The notes below the pieces were generated by a model. That model had not been told where the DNA came from. It did not search any database and saw only the letters and a program-made list of their open reading frames with translations. From Eledone cirrhosa (Eukaryota), in assembly GCA_964016885.1 (NCBI GenBank), contig OZ024763.1, positions 26,536,001 to 26,600,000 of the forward strand: a stretch of 64,000 nt of DNA, in the 5' to 3' direction. The position numbers and the translations under genes are program-made. Numbering within the stretch: position 1 is the stretch's first letter; each line of letters begins with the position of its first letter. This document shows positions 45,913-57,979 of this stretch, piece by piece.

Positions 45913-45953
<41 letters not shown>

Positions 45954-46250
45954 ATAAATGGAAACTATATTTATAAAACCATATTTATTTCATTATATAT
46001 ATTTCAGGGATATCAGTTATAAATATTTACTAGTTGTAACCCAACAATTTAAATATAACTTTCCATATATATATATATACATATATTAAACAGTTAAACA
46101 AGATTCAATGAGTATATCAAAGAATGAGTTTTACAGTAGATTGGAAGCACTCTACGAGAAATAATTTTCCAGAGTTATTAATATTAAAATTGACTACCTT
46201 GATTAAATCTTAACCATTTAACATCTCAGGGTATGTCATGTATCATTATA

Positions 46251-46304
46251 TTTTGTCTGATGAGGACGACATACTGTTGTACATCCGAAATATGTATAAT
46301 AAAA
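46251..46304 (+). ncRNA. Hammerhead ribozyme motif, family B
   Basis: ttttgt CTGATGA GGAcgacatactgttgtacaTCC GAAA tatgtata ataaaa. Confidence 0.65.
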
Positions 46305-47286
46305 TGTAATTGATCAAAAGAACATCTATTTTTTTTATATATATACATATATATATATTGTGATTCCTTAAATTAGTGTATATATATATGTATACAGTGT
46401 GCTTCCCCCCCCCCAAAAAAAAAATGTATACACACTTTTATTATCTGGACAGGCAGTATTTACTCGAATGTATATATAAGTTTGATATATATATATAAAT
46501 AAATATGTAGATAAATCTACATATACATATATATATACATATATATCCCAGAAACGATCGTAAAATGATGATTTTTTTTTATATAAGGAACCTGTTCTTT
46601 GTTTTTATTTCATTGTTTTTATTAATTTATATAAATAAATATGTAAGTTTGATTAAAATGAATATATATAATATATATATATATTCATATCTAGCTGTCG
46701 AAACGGCCGGAGTTCAGCTGTCGGGGTCCTGAATATTTTCATATATATATATACACACGTAGATATACCGATATATATATACTCTATTCAATATATAAGA
46801 GGGATAGATTTGCAGAAAAGAGTTTTAACGCAAATATAAGCCATTTATAAATTTCAAATGTCCTCTTAGTGATCTATATTAGCAGCTAGATGAGATCTCA
46901 AACAATACAGACTTTAATATCACGAGTTTGAGCTTAATATGGTGCTCCAGAATGGCAGGAGTCGTATGTATGTATGTGTATTCATGTTCATGTGTGTGTA
47001 TGTACGTGTATTCATATTCATGTGTGCGGTGTGTATGTATGTGTATTTATATTCATGTGTGTATGTATATTCACATTTATGTGTGTATATGTGTATTCTT
47101 GTTCGTGTGTGTGTGTGTATTTGTATTCATATGTATGTGTGTATTCATGTGTGAGTTACAAACAAAACAACCGTATATATTTATATTTAGGTCGCTGTTA
47201 GTTCTTTGTCATTTCCCCCCCCCCCCTCTCTCTCTCTCTCTGTTACGACCTCTTTCACTCTCACCTCCACCTTGCTCTTTTGCGCT

Positions 47287-47325
<39 letters not shown>

Positions 47326-47904
47326 CGTGTAAGTGTGTATACATATACATATTATGTATATTACATATATATATATATATATATATATAGGGATTAAACT
47401 AGTATAAAATTAGTAAGACCATTATTCAACAGAGTACTTGATACTTGGAATTGTAGAGAGTGACTTTATTAGAAAGGGTCGCGGCCCGACGGCTGAGCTA
47501 TGGCCTTTTGACAGTTAGTTCCAGACATATATATGTATATATATAAGTATATATTATATATTATATAAGTATATATTATATATTATATATTATATGTATA
47601 TATATAAGTATATAGGAACCAGTAAGACCCCGACGGCTGAGCTCAAGCCGTTTCGACGGCTAATTCCGTTTGGTGCGTTATGGTCCACCTGGTTCCTTAC
47701 CACATTTCCTTCGTTATATAAGTATATATGTATATATTATATATACTCCAGTCCTACAAACTGTAGAGTGCTTCTTATCCGATATCTGCATTGCTTTATT
47801 GTACTACAATAAAACTCACCTCCTATATTATATGTATATATATATATGTGTATTAAGAAAAGTGAGAGAGACGGTATCACCTATTCAACATTATTGGCAG
47901 TATG

Positions 47905-48635
47905 GCGGTGGATTGGCAGTATCGGTAGAGGGTCGGACGCCATGCTTTGACGCATAGAGTTACGGCCCTTGCCATTCTGAGTTCAAATCCCGCCGAGGTT
48001 AACTTTGCCTTTCATCATTACGAGGTCGATAAAATAAAGTACCAGTAATGCACTGGGTTTTGCTGGCCTTGTGCCAAAAGTAGAAACAATTATTGGCAGT
48101 ATCGGTAGAGGGTCGGACGCCATGCTTTGACGTATAGAGTTACGGCCCTTGCCATTCTGATTTCAAATCCCGCCGAGGTTAACTTTGCCTTTCATCCTTA
48201 CGGGGTCGATAAAATAAAGTACCAGTAATGCTCTGGGTAATTGCTGGCCTTGTGCCAAAAGTAGAAACAATTATTGGCAGTATCGGTAGAGGGTCGGACG
48301 CCATGCTTTGACGTATAGAGTTACGGCCCTTGCCATTCTGATTTCAAATCCCGCCGAGGTTAACTTTGCCTTTCATCCTTACGGGGTCGATAAAATAAAG
48401 TACCAGTAATGCTCTGGGTAATTGCTGGCCTTGTGCCAAAAGTAGAAACAATTATTGGCAGTATCGGTAGAGGGTCGGACGCCATGCTTTGACGTATAGA
48501 GTTACGGCCCTTGCCATTCTGATTTCAAATCCCGCTGAGGTTAACTTTGCCTTTCATCCTTACGGGGTCGATAAAATAAAGTACCAGTAATGCTCTGGGT
48601 TTTGCTGGCCTTGTGCCAAAAGTAGAAACAATTAT
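47905..48635 (+). mobile_element. Head-to-tail array of four family-1 SINE units (180-181 bp period)
   Basis: TTGGCAGTATCGGTAG starts at 47913, 48093, 48274 and 48455; units nearly identical. Confidence 0.92.
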
Positions 48636-48705
48636 TTTATATTCCTCCAAGCATGAACCTAATATGACTTGTATTTTTGTATCCATGTTTGTTTTGTTTC
48701 ATGTT

Positions 48706-48744
<39 letters not shown>

Positions 48745-49094
48745 CATGTCCCAAAAAATGTATACGCGCTTCAACAATCTAATTTGGTAAGAATATCCAA
48801 GGGTAAGAGCACTCAGTCCATAGGACGAGTTAAGAAAAGTTAGTTACAACAGTGACATATAGAGGTACTTCGTGTGTGTGTGTATAAGTTTATCCCGGGT
48901 TTAATCGGGGGTAACTACAGTAAGTAAGGTATTCAATACAACGCAGAGTATAAATATTTAATATAGAAAAGCTTCTATAGGACTAGAACTGTTTCATTCG
49001 TGAAATATATATATAGTTCGAAATAACAATAAACAAACAAACGCAGTAGTAAATGTTACATAGCTTCACGCTTGGTGAGAGTGAGAGGGGGGGG

Positions 49095-49130
49095 TTACGA
49101 CGTTTCGGACATAAGCCCTTCATCAGGTGA
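49095..49130 (-). ncRNA. Minimal hammerhead ribozyme motif
   Basis: Minus strand: tcac CTGATGA a GGGC ttat GTCC GAAAC GTC gtaa; palindromic ACGT stem III of the minimal type known from Penelope-like elements. Confidence 0.7.
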
Positions 49131-49269
49131 GTGGGGGGGGTAGCGGGGGGGGGGGGGGGTAGCGGGGGGGGGGGGCATGGAATGACGGGGAAAATAGAAA
49201 TAAAACTTGAATATATTAATTAAAAAAATCAGAGGCCATATTGAGTTGATTCGGGTTTATTTAAAACTT

Positions 49270-49325
49270 CGTTATACATATTTCATTGAGGACTATCAGT
49301 CACGATAGCCTGAGCTCTTCAGACG
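49270..49325 (-). ncRNA. Hammerhead ribozyme motif, B-like
   Basis: Minus strand: cgt CTGAAGA gctcaggCTATCgtgactGATAGtcctcaat GAAA tatgtata acg. Confidence 0.5.
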
Positions 49326-49524
49326 GCAAAACCTAAAATAAACATTGAAAGTTCCTAAGAAACTTAATAATAAGAAAATCTAATAATTTCCCCGAAAAAA
49401 GATTTTCTTTTCATGATAATATATAATATATAACTCTAGAAGCACGATTCATGTTTTTCGTTTATTCTTGAAGTTGACTTCAATCTTTGAAATACCAAAA
49501 CTACTACCATTGCTACTACTACTA

Positions 49525-49559
<35 letters not shown>

Positions 49560-50707
49560 ACTGCTACTACGACTAATATCAACACCACGAGTACAACTAC
49601 TAATACCAGCACCATTACTACTACAACCAATACCATCACCACTATAACTATCTCCATTACCACCACCACCATCACTACTACTACCACCACCGCTACCACA
49701 TCAATACGACTACTACCACTACCACCACCACAACCACAAACATCAATACCATTATCACCAGTAGCATTGCGATTGCTACTACCATCACTATCACTACCAC
49801 CAATACCACCACCACTACCAATACTACCACCACTATCATCATCACCACGACCACTACTACTACTACCACCACCACAGCACCATCAATGCGACAACCACCA
49901 CTACTGCTACTACCACCACTACTACTAATACTATCACCACCATAAGATCACTACCACCATCACCACATCAATACGACTACCACCACAACCATCACAACAT
50001 CAATACGATTACCACCACTACTACAATCACCACAACTTCAGTACGACTACTACTACCACTACAACTACCACTACTAATAATACTGTTTCCTTCTTCACAC
50101 GCACATCTCCCACCATACGCTGTCTCACCTCTCACTGCTACTCTCCCCACTTCACCCCTCACCCTACGCTACTCTCTCTATTAAGCTGTTAATTGCTGTC
50201 GCAGTGAAAAGTTTTGACGGTGAACCTTACAGCTGCGCGCTCTCTCACTGAATATAATATATATATACATGTGTGTGTGTATATAAATATACACATATAT
50301 ATATAGACAAATATATTTGTTGAGTAATCAACGAACCATATTAATCTTTGGTTCTATAGACATATATGTAGACATATATAATACACATACACACACATAT
50401 ATATACATATAGATATATATGTGTGTATATATATATATATGTAGACACATATATATATATATATAGACATATATGTGTGCGTATATATATGTACATATAT
50501 ATACATATGAGTATGCAAAACAAATATATCTATATATACAGGGTCTCTCCAAAATATGTATACATTCATCAACAGCATTCGAATTCAAAGTGTATACATT
50601 TTTGGGGGACATCCTGTATATGTGTGTGTATATACACAATATATATAGAGTGACATGTCGGTATATATATATAGTATATACATATATATAGAGGGAGAGA
50701 GACGCGC

Positions 50708-50738
<31 letters not shown>

Positions 50739-51621
50739 ACGAAGGAATTGTGGTAAGGAACCAGATGGACCATAACGCACCAGTACTCCATACTTAGGGT
50801 AGTAGAGTGGGTAATAGGAAAATGTATGACCCCGACGGCAGAGCTCAAGCTGTTTCGACGGCTATTTCTGGGCGAGAAATAGCCGTCGAAACGGCTTGAG
50901 CTCTGCTGTCGGGGTCATACTTTTTCCTATATATATATACAAACATATATACACACACATATATATATAATACACACACATACACATATATATATATATA
51001 TACATACACACACCACTATTACCCACTACACACTTTGCTAACTCTACTTAACCTTAATTCAACCTCAGTGGGTTGCCCATGTGTTGGTTTAGCTGGGTTT
51101 TTTTAATGCCAAACATAATTAATATATCATCTAAGTTTTATGAAAGGTGGGTGAAAGTGGCGAGAATGGCCCGAGTGAATGGGCCGGGCCTTCTCTCTAT
51201 ATCAGCCTGTAGGTTGAGGAAAAAGAGGAAGAGAGGAAAGGGGTACAAACTATTCGTACTCCTGGAGATGAGGGTTGCACATTTTTTCGGGGGTATGAAA
51301 TGTCTCCCCCTATTGGGGAAAATCAATTAATTTTTAAATTGCATTTGTGATAGTATTTTACACGTTTTTATTGTATGTAAATTTTCCCCTTTGTATTTGT
51401 CCCCTTCTTTTGTGCCCCTGTGGCTAATAAAGAAACATATCTATCTATCCCCTCTTCAGACTCCCTATCTATCTATCTCATCCATCCATCTATCTATTTG
51501 GCTCTCTATATATCTATGTCTATTTATCTACCTATCCATCTCTCTCTCTCTCTTTATATGTATATAATATAGAAATGGCTTCTACAGGACTAGAACTGTT
51601 TCATTCGAGAGAAATCATCAG

Positions 51622-51672
51622 GGCTTCCTGATGATTTCACGCGAATGAAACAGTTCTAGTCCTGTAGAAGCC
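51622..51672 (+). ncRNA. Hammerhead ribozyme, family A
   Basis: ggcttc CTGATGA tttcacgcgaat GAA ACAG ttctagtc CTGT A gaagcc; 6-bp stem I; inverted partial copy immediately upstream. Confidence 0.8.
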
Positions 51673-52420
51673 ATTTCTATATTAAATATTTATACTCTGC
51701 TATCTATTGAGTACCTTACTTACTGTGGTTACCCCCGATTAAACCCGGGTTAAACATATATATATATATACCTTATCCACTGTTTATCCGTCTTGTTCCA
51801 CTAATTAATAGTCAAAATATACTTTCAAAATATTCAAATTCGCTCAGCCCTTCGTAAAACAATTGTATATCTATCTATCTATTTATCTATCTATGTATGT
51901 ATGTAAAATCCCCGGCATGTCTTTGTTTTGTCCCCTTTTCTTATGCGCCCTTGTGGCTAATAAAGAAATATATCTATATCTATATCTATATATATATTAT
52001 CCCCTTAAACTATAAACACTCGCCAGTAGAAAACCGAACTGGTCGTGAGCTTTGAGCTATAACTAATTATATTATAAAAGTTAACGACTAGAACAATTAA
52101 GACGTATTCTTTAAACTGGAGTGAAGCTTGTAATTAATTATAATTAGTTAATTAGTCGCTTAGCAACAGCACAACAATACTCAACTCATTTAATTTAATC
52201 CTATATCGCTCGTAGACAGGTATTCCATTTCAGAGCTAAGTATTATATAGATTATATAGTAGTAGTGGTAGCAGTAGCAGTAGTAGTAGTAGTAAATACA
52301 AAGACCAAAATCCAGGGAGGTCACGATAAGAATTATATAGATATGCACACATATATATACTGTGTGTATATACAATATACATACATACGCACACCCATAT
52401 ATATACATACATCCAAACCT

Positions 52421-52476
<56 letters not shown>

Positions 52477-52816
52477 ACGTACAAACACATACATACATTA
52501 TATATATATATATATATATGTACAAACATACAAACACCCACACATATGTGTGTGTGCGTACGTACAAACACAAACACATGCACCTACATCTATCCATTAT
52601 ACGCACATATGTACATACATATATTCTTCATTACGTCTTTCTTTTTGATAAAAGAAGTGGTATTATATTTTTTTCCCTGTGTATATATGATAGTGTATAT
52701 AATAAGTAGTTGAGGAAAAAAATAATTGTGTTTTAAGATCTGCTTAAGTAACTGGTTTTGTATATTTAGTTTCAAGCTTCGTTCCTCAGTCTTCGCTTTG
52801 TTTTTGCTATTAAACA

Positions 52817-53465
52817 ATGAACGACAAGTCGGAGGATAATAGTGAAGGTTATATTATATATGGAGGTTGTGTTATGGGCTTTGACAAGACTGCTTGTCGT
52901 AGCCAAGACAGGCTGGGATTTGAGCAAGCTAGCCATGTTGCTACTTCTAAATATGCAGGAACAATGGAAGAAATAGAGAGAAGAGGCGATCGTGATCATC
53001 ATGATGGTGGTGGTTGTGATGGTGTTGCTGCAGTTAGCGCAGACGTGGTGCTTGCTGGTGCAAAAATAGCAGCTATTGTGGTCAAAGACTCAACGATGAT
53101 TGGTGTTGGCGGTGTTAGTAGTGGCGCTAAGTTTACTACTAACCACAACAAACTAGACAATCCATTATCATTTTCCCAGCCTGCAAATTTTTCAGAAGGT
53201 GACAATATCGTTGTGGGTGGTGGCGAAGGGCATGCTAGCATTGCTAGTGACCCTCAGCAACCAGGTACAGATATTTCGGGCCACGGTCCTTATACCCCAG
53301 CAAGTTTCAAAGGAAAGGTTTTCGATGCTTCTGGCTGTTACGTGGTCCCCGGCCTTATAGACTGTCACCTACATGCTTATCAATACGTAACTCCGTTGGG
53401 AATAGATGTCGATGAATTCTGTCTGAGAAGAGGGGTCACAACCGCTGTAGATGCAGGAAGCGCAG
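52817..53465 (+). CDS. First coding exon of metal-dependent amidohydrolase (Atu3266/Oant_2987-like deacetylase, dihydroorotase-like)
   Basis: ORF contains YIIYGGCV, ADVVLAGAKIAAI, KVFDASGCYVVPGLIDCHLH (DxHxH metal motif) and RGVTTAVDAGSAG. CAG|GTGAG donor at 53465/53466 (phase 1), after which the ORF runs into poly-A/poly-T intron sequence. Confidence 0.9.
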
Positions 53466-54016
53466 GTGAGAAGGATTTCTTAAAAAAAAAAAAAAAATTT
53501 CAATCAGGAACGCAAAACCCATTTTTTTTTTTCTGCTTTTCATTTTTTTTTTTTTTTGTCTTTGAGGGGGCATTTCCCTTTGAACCACCTCTGATATATC
53601 ACCCACCTACCTACCTTCCGCTCCGCTCCAATCCTTGCTTATTTTGGTGCTACTGGCAAAACAAAAAAAAAAAAAAATTAAACGACGAAGCACAGGTGAA
53701 AGAAGAACGATTTTCAAATTAGAACACACCGGATTTTTTAAATTTTATTTATTTACTTATTCATTTATTATTATCATTGTGCCTCTTTTTCTTTCTTTTT
53801 TTTTGAGGAAGGCATTCCTGCGGAACCGTCTTTTGATCTATCGCCGCTTCTAACCAGCCAACCTGCATTCCTTGCTTTTTCTAGTGATGCTGCTGGTAAT
53901 ATATATATATATAATATATAAACGAAAATGCTTTGATCTTTTCTCTTACAGGATGAGAAGTGTTACTGTCGAGTGTTGTGAATGAAGTGGTGTGTGTAGG
54001 GGGGGGGGGGGGGGTT

Positions 54017-54119
54017 ACAGTGAGCCGAGGATCATCTCGGCACTCTTCATTCTGATTGGTTAAAAGGTTAAAATCTCTTTTTATAAAAATGAGCGCCGTT
54101 AGAATCTCGGCTCAACTGT
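54017..54119. mobile_element. ~100-bp MITE-like inverted repeat
   Basis: acagtgagccgag ... ctcggctcaactgt termini. Confidence 0.45.
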
Positions 54120-54239
54120 TACACGTTTGCGTATACTTACAAATATAGAAAATAAATGATGTTAAGAAAATAAATATGTTAAGTATTTCCGAAGAAATAG
54201 CAAAGGAAAAAAGAGTGCTCTATGAATAGAACAGCGCTA

Positions 54240-54284
<45 letters not shown>

Positions 54285-54591
54285 CCAAAGATTAATATGG
54301 TTCATTGATTACTCAATGACTATAGTTTTACAATAGATTAAAAGCACTCTACAAAGAAGTTTTCTGGAGTTATTAATATTATTCAGAATATTAATAAATA
54401 TATGTTTTATTATATATATTTCGAAGGTACTGTGCTGTTTTTTTCAGTACGTCTTCGTCAGATAAAATACATGAATTGATGTATGACATACCTCAACAGT
54501 CTTGATGGTTCAATTCCAGTATTGGCAGTACTGCCAATACTGGAATTGAACTGCCAAGACCGCTGAGGTATGTCATACATCAATTCATGTA

Positions 54592-54653
54592 TTTTATCTG
54601 ACGAAGACGTACTGAAAAAACAGCACAGTACCTTCGAAATATATATAATAAAA
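54592..54653 (+). ncRNA. Hammerhead ribozyme motif, family B (mirror copy on minus strand at 54405-54467)
   Basis: ttttat CTGACGA agacGTACTGaaaaaacagcaCAGTACcttc GAAA tatatata ataaaa. Confidence 0.65.
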
Positions 54654-54741
54654 CATATATTTTGATTATGTGAATGTCTTCATTTATTAATATTCTGAGT
54701 AATATATATATATATCAAGAGAGAGAGAGAGATAGATAGAT

Positions 54742-54798
<57 letters not shown>

Positions 54799-55444
54799 CC
54801 CTCAACAACAGCAACACCATACCGACACCACCAACACCACCACCAACACCACTACCACCACCAACAACACTAACAACAACACCTCTACCAATACCATCAC
54901 CAACACTAACCCGTTTCAACTAATATATTCTCTCTCCACAATATCTATATTTAAATTATCCATTCACTGACATCCTTTCTTATCTCTCCATCTCTTTATT
55001 TCTCTCTCTTCATTTCTGTCTGTCTATCTCTCCCTCTTCATTTCTGTCTGTCTATCTCTCCCTCTTCATTTCTCTGTCTTTCTATCCTATCTCTTTCTCT
55101 CTTTATAAGGATACTATCATCCAAGGACATTTACTAATTTGAAACTGCCAGCTTGACTTGCTGCTGCTGCTGCTGCTACTGCTAGTGGGGTGTTGTAAAT
55201 AGTGCTGATGGGGTGGGGTGGGGTGGGGAGCTGCTACTGCTGGCGATGGTGAAGGCGGAGGGGGTGTTAATGGTAGGAGAAAGGAGAAAGGCATGTTGTT
55301 CTAAGTTCAAATATTTAGTATATTTTCACCGAATAAATGAAAGCTTTTCTTTTCGTTGTGTGACGAGTGGAAATACCGGAAGAGTTGGCGGGACGTTTAG
55401 GATAGACACACACACAAGCGCACGCACGCACACACACACGTACG

Positions 55445-55476
<32 letters not shown>

Positions 55477-55582
55477 ACATCTCTATCTGGCGACCGATCC
55501 AGACATATATTATTTTCGTCTGTGATCCAGAAACCTTTGATAATGGAGTAGTTATATTTTGTGTTGTTCACTTTCTAATTAA

Positions 55583-55767
55583 ATAATTGTTTCTACTTTA
55601 GGCACAAGGCCAGCAATTACTCAGTTCATTACTGGTACTTTATTTTATCGACCCCGTAAGGATGAAGGGCAAAGTTAACCTCGGCGGGATTTGAACTCAG
55701 ATCGTAAAGGGACGTAACTCTGCTGGAAAGCATGGCGTCCGACCCTCTACCGATACTGCCAATCCAC
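55583..55767 (-). mobile_element. tRNA-derived SINE, family 1
   Basis: Reverse complement of the 17264-17448 element. Confidence 0.87.
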
Positions 55768-55856
55768 TTTCTAATTAAATAATATATATTAAATGTAGAA
55801 AGGCTTCTACAAAACTAGAACTGTTTCATTCCGGAGAAATCATCAGGAATCATCGG

Positions 55857-55907
55857 GGTTTCCTGATGATTTCTCCGGAATGAAACAGTTCTAGTCCTGT
55901 AGAAGCC
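55857..55907 (+). ncRNA. Hammerhead ribozyme, family A
   Basis: ggtttc CTGATGA tttctccggaat GAA ACAG ttctagtc CTGT A gaagcc; inverted copy at about 55802-55849. Confidence 0.78.
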
Positions 55908-56252
55908 TTTCTACATTAAATATTTATACTCTGCTTGGTATTGAGTACGTTACTTACTGTGGTTACCCCCGATTGAACCCGGGATAAACTTATATCTATA
56001 TATATATATATGATATTAACAAATGGAAACTATATTTATAAAACCATATTTATTTCATTATACATATTTCAAGGACATCAAGTTAAATTATGGTGTGCTT
56101 TCATCAGACAAAATATAATATAGATCAGTTTTATAAATAAATATTGACATACCCTTAAAAAATGCGACCATTACTGTTGGAAGCTCACGGAGTAATGGTC
56201 GCATTTTTTAAGGGTATGTCAATATTTATTTATAAAACTAATCTATATTATA

Positions 56253-56313
56253 TTTTGTCTGATGAAAGCACACCATAATTTAACTTGGTGTCCTTGAAAT
56301 ATGTATAATGAAA
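56253..56313 (+). ncRNA. Hammerhead ribozyme motif, family B (mirror copy at about 56053-56113 on minus strand)
   Basis: ttttgt CTGATGA aagcACACCAtaatttaactTGGTGTcctt GAAA tatgtata atgaaa. Confidence 0.62.
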
Positions 56314-56846
56314 TAAATATGGTTTTATAAATATAGTTTCCATTTGTTAATATCGTATGTTTACTCCAAATACTTGTTGAGTGCTTTATATCAGTTATAA
56401 AAATATTTGCTTGTTGTATCCCAACAATTTAAATAGAACTTTTGCATATATATATATATAAATTTTAGTACAGCATTAACGAAGCTTTAGAACACGGCCA
56501 AGCTAACGAATGCACAATCGGTCTGTAGCTTTAGCACTCGGATGGAAAAAAAATATATATATATATATATATATGGACTGCCTTTTATTTTCTGTATGTA
56601 TCCTTTGTGATCCTGTCTCTGTTTCTCCTGAAGACGGGCTAAAGCCCAACACGTCAAACTTTCTTTCCCCTTTCCCATATAAAGCGTGAAATCAATAAGA
56701 CTTGTTGAGCCTCTGTTTGTTGTGTCCTTGAACTATATATTATTAAAGCCAGTATTACAACGAAGCCATACTAGGAACGTACATTTCGTTGAATTGGGGC
56801 ACCAACTTTTCAACCTACGTCCTATATATATATATATATATATATG

Positions 56847-57277
56847 TAGGAGGTGAGTTTTATTGTAGTACAATAAAGCAATGCAGATATCGGATAAGAA
56901 GCACTCTACAGTTTGTGGGACTGGAGTATGCATAATATAAGATCAAAAGATGGTTAAAGGAGTTCAATATATTTTATTATGCGCATTTCAAAAACAAACA
57001 TCATCAAACAATAATATTTGTGTTTTCATCAGATAAAACAGGAGAACATGATATGAAGGCTAAAAAAACACTTGTTGATAGTGCAGTTTTAAATCAACAT
57101 ATGTTTAAATCAACATATGTTGATTTAAAACTGCACTATCAACAAGTGTTTTTTTAGCCTTCATATCATGTTCTCCTGTTTTATCTGATGAAAACACAAA
57201 TATTATTGTTTGATGATGTTTGTTTTTGAAATGCGCATAATAAAATATATTGAACTCCTTTAACCATCTTTTGATCT

Positions 57278-57285
<8 letters not shown>
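56847..57285. mobile_element. Non-autonomous Penelope-like element, family D: ~350-bp palindrome plus tail
   Basis: Arms about 56933-57100 and 57116-57284; tail 56847-56930 recurs inverted at 47745-47825; flanked by (TA)n. Confidence 0.68.
57179..57245 (+). ncRNA. Hammerhead ribozyme motif, family D (mirror copy 56972-57038 on minus; further copy 57514-57580 on plus)
   Basis: ttttat CTGATGA aaacacaaatattattgtttgatgatgtttgttttt GAA ATGCGCAT A ataaaa; palindromic stem III ATGCGCAT and long AU/GU-rich stem II. Confidence 0.7.
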
Positions 57286-57323
<38 letters not shown>

Positions 57324-57751
57324 ATATATAAATTATTGTGAGCAAGAAGCCATCAGTATTTCATAATATATAAGTGACTATAACGACAAAATGGAAAATA
57401 ATTAACGTAAGATGTGGGAAAATAATTCAAACTCAATTATATATATATATATATATTGATTTAAAACTGCACTATCCACAAGTGTTTTTTAGCCTTCATA
57501 TCATGTCCTCCTGTTTTATCTGATGAAAACACAAATATTATTGCATGATGATGTTTGTTTTTGAAATGCGCATAATAAAATACATGGAACTCCTTTAACC
57601 ATCTTTTGATCTTATATATTATATATATATATATATATAAAAATGAAGTAATTCCGTCGGAAAAGTCCAGGAAAAAACAGTGCTCTATGTAGGTAACAGA
57701 GCTTAATAGTTATGTTGTTTATTACATAACTATATATATATATATATATAT

Positions 57752-57867
57752 AACGAAGGAAATGTGGTAAGGAACCAGGTGGACCATAACGCACCAAAGT
57801 ACTCAATACTTAGGGTAGTAGAGTGGGTAATAGGAACGAGTAGGACCCCGTCGGGGTCCTACTCGTT

Positions 57868-57872
<5 letters not shown>
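57752..57872. mobile_element. Short (TA)n-inserted element, family C, with terminal hairpin
   Basis: aacgaaggaaatgtggtaaggaaccaggtggaccataacgcaccaaagtactcaatac...taggaacgagtaggacccc followed by its reverse complement. Copies at about 38481-38601, 40815-40922, 41578-41712, 47612-47716, 50738-50930 and 59258-59400. Confidence 0.7.
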
Positions 57873-57902
<30 letters not shown>

Positions 57903-57979
57903 CCCTTAGATAGCGCTTTTGTCCCGTGTACGAACATAAATAAATAATATAATATAATATAATATAATATATATATATA

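Noticed and set aside
53466-53722. C-terminal 85 aa of the 301-aa ORF
   Set aside because: Lies after a strong CAG|GTGAG donor and consists of poly-A/poly-T runs; intron read-through.
53940-53990. Polypyrimidine-CAG acceptor-like sites at about 53951, 59460 and 63481 as amidohydrolase exon 2
   Set aside because: Phase-1 continuation gives early stops or antisense LINE sequence with no family motifs.
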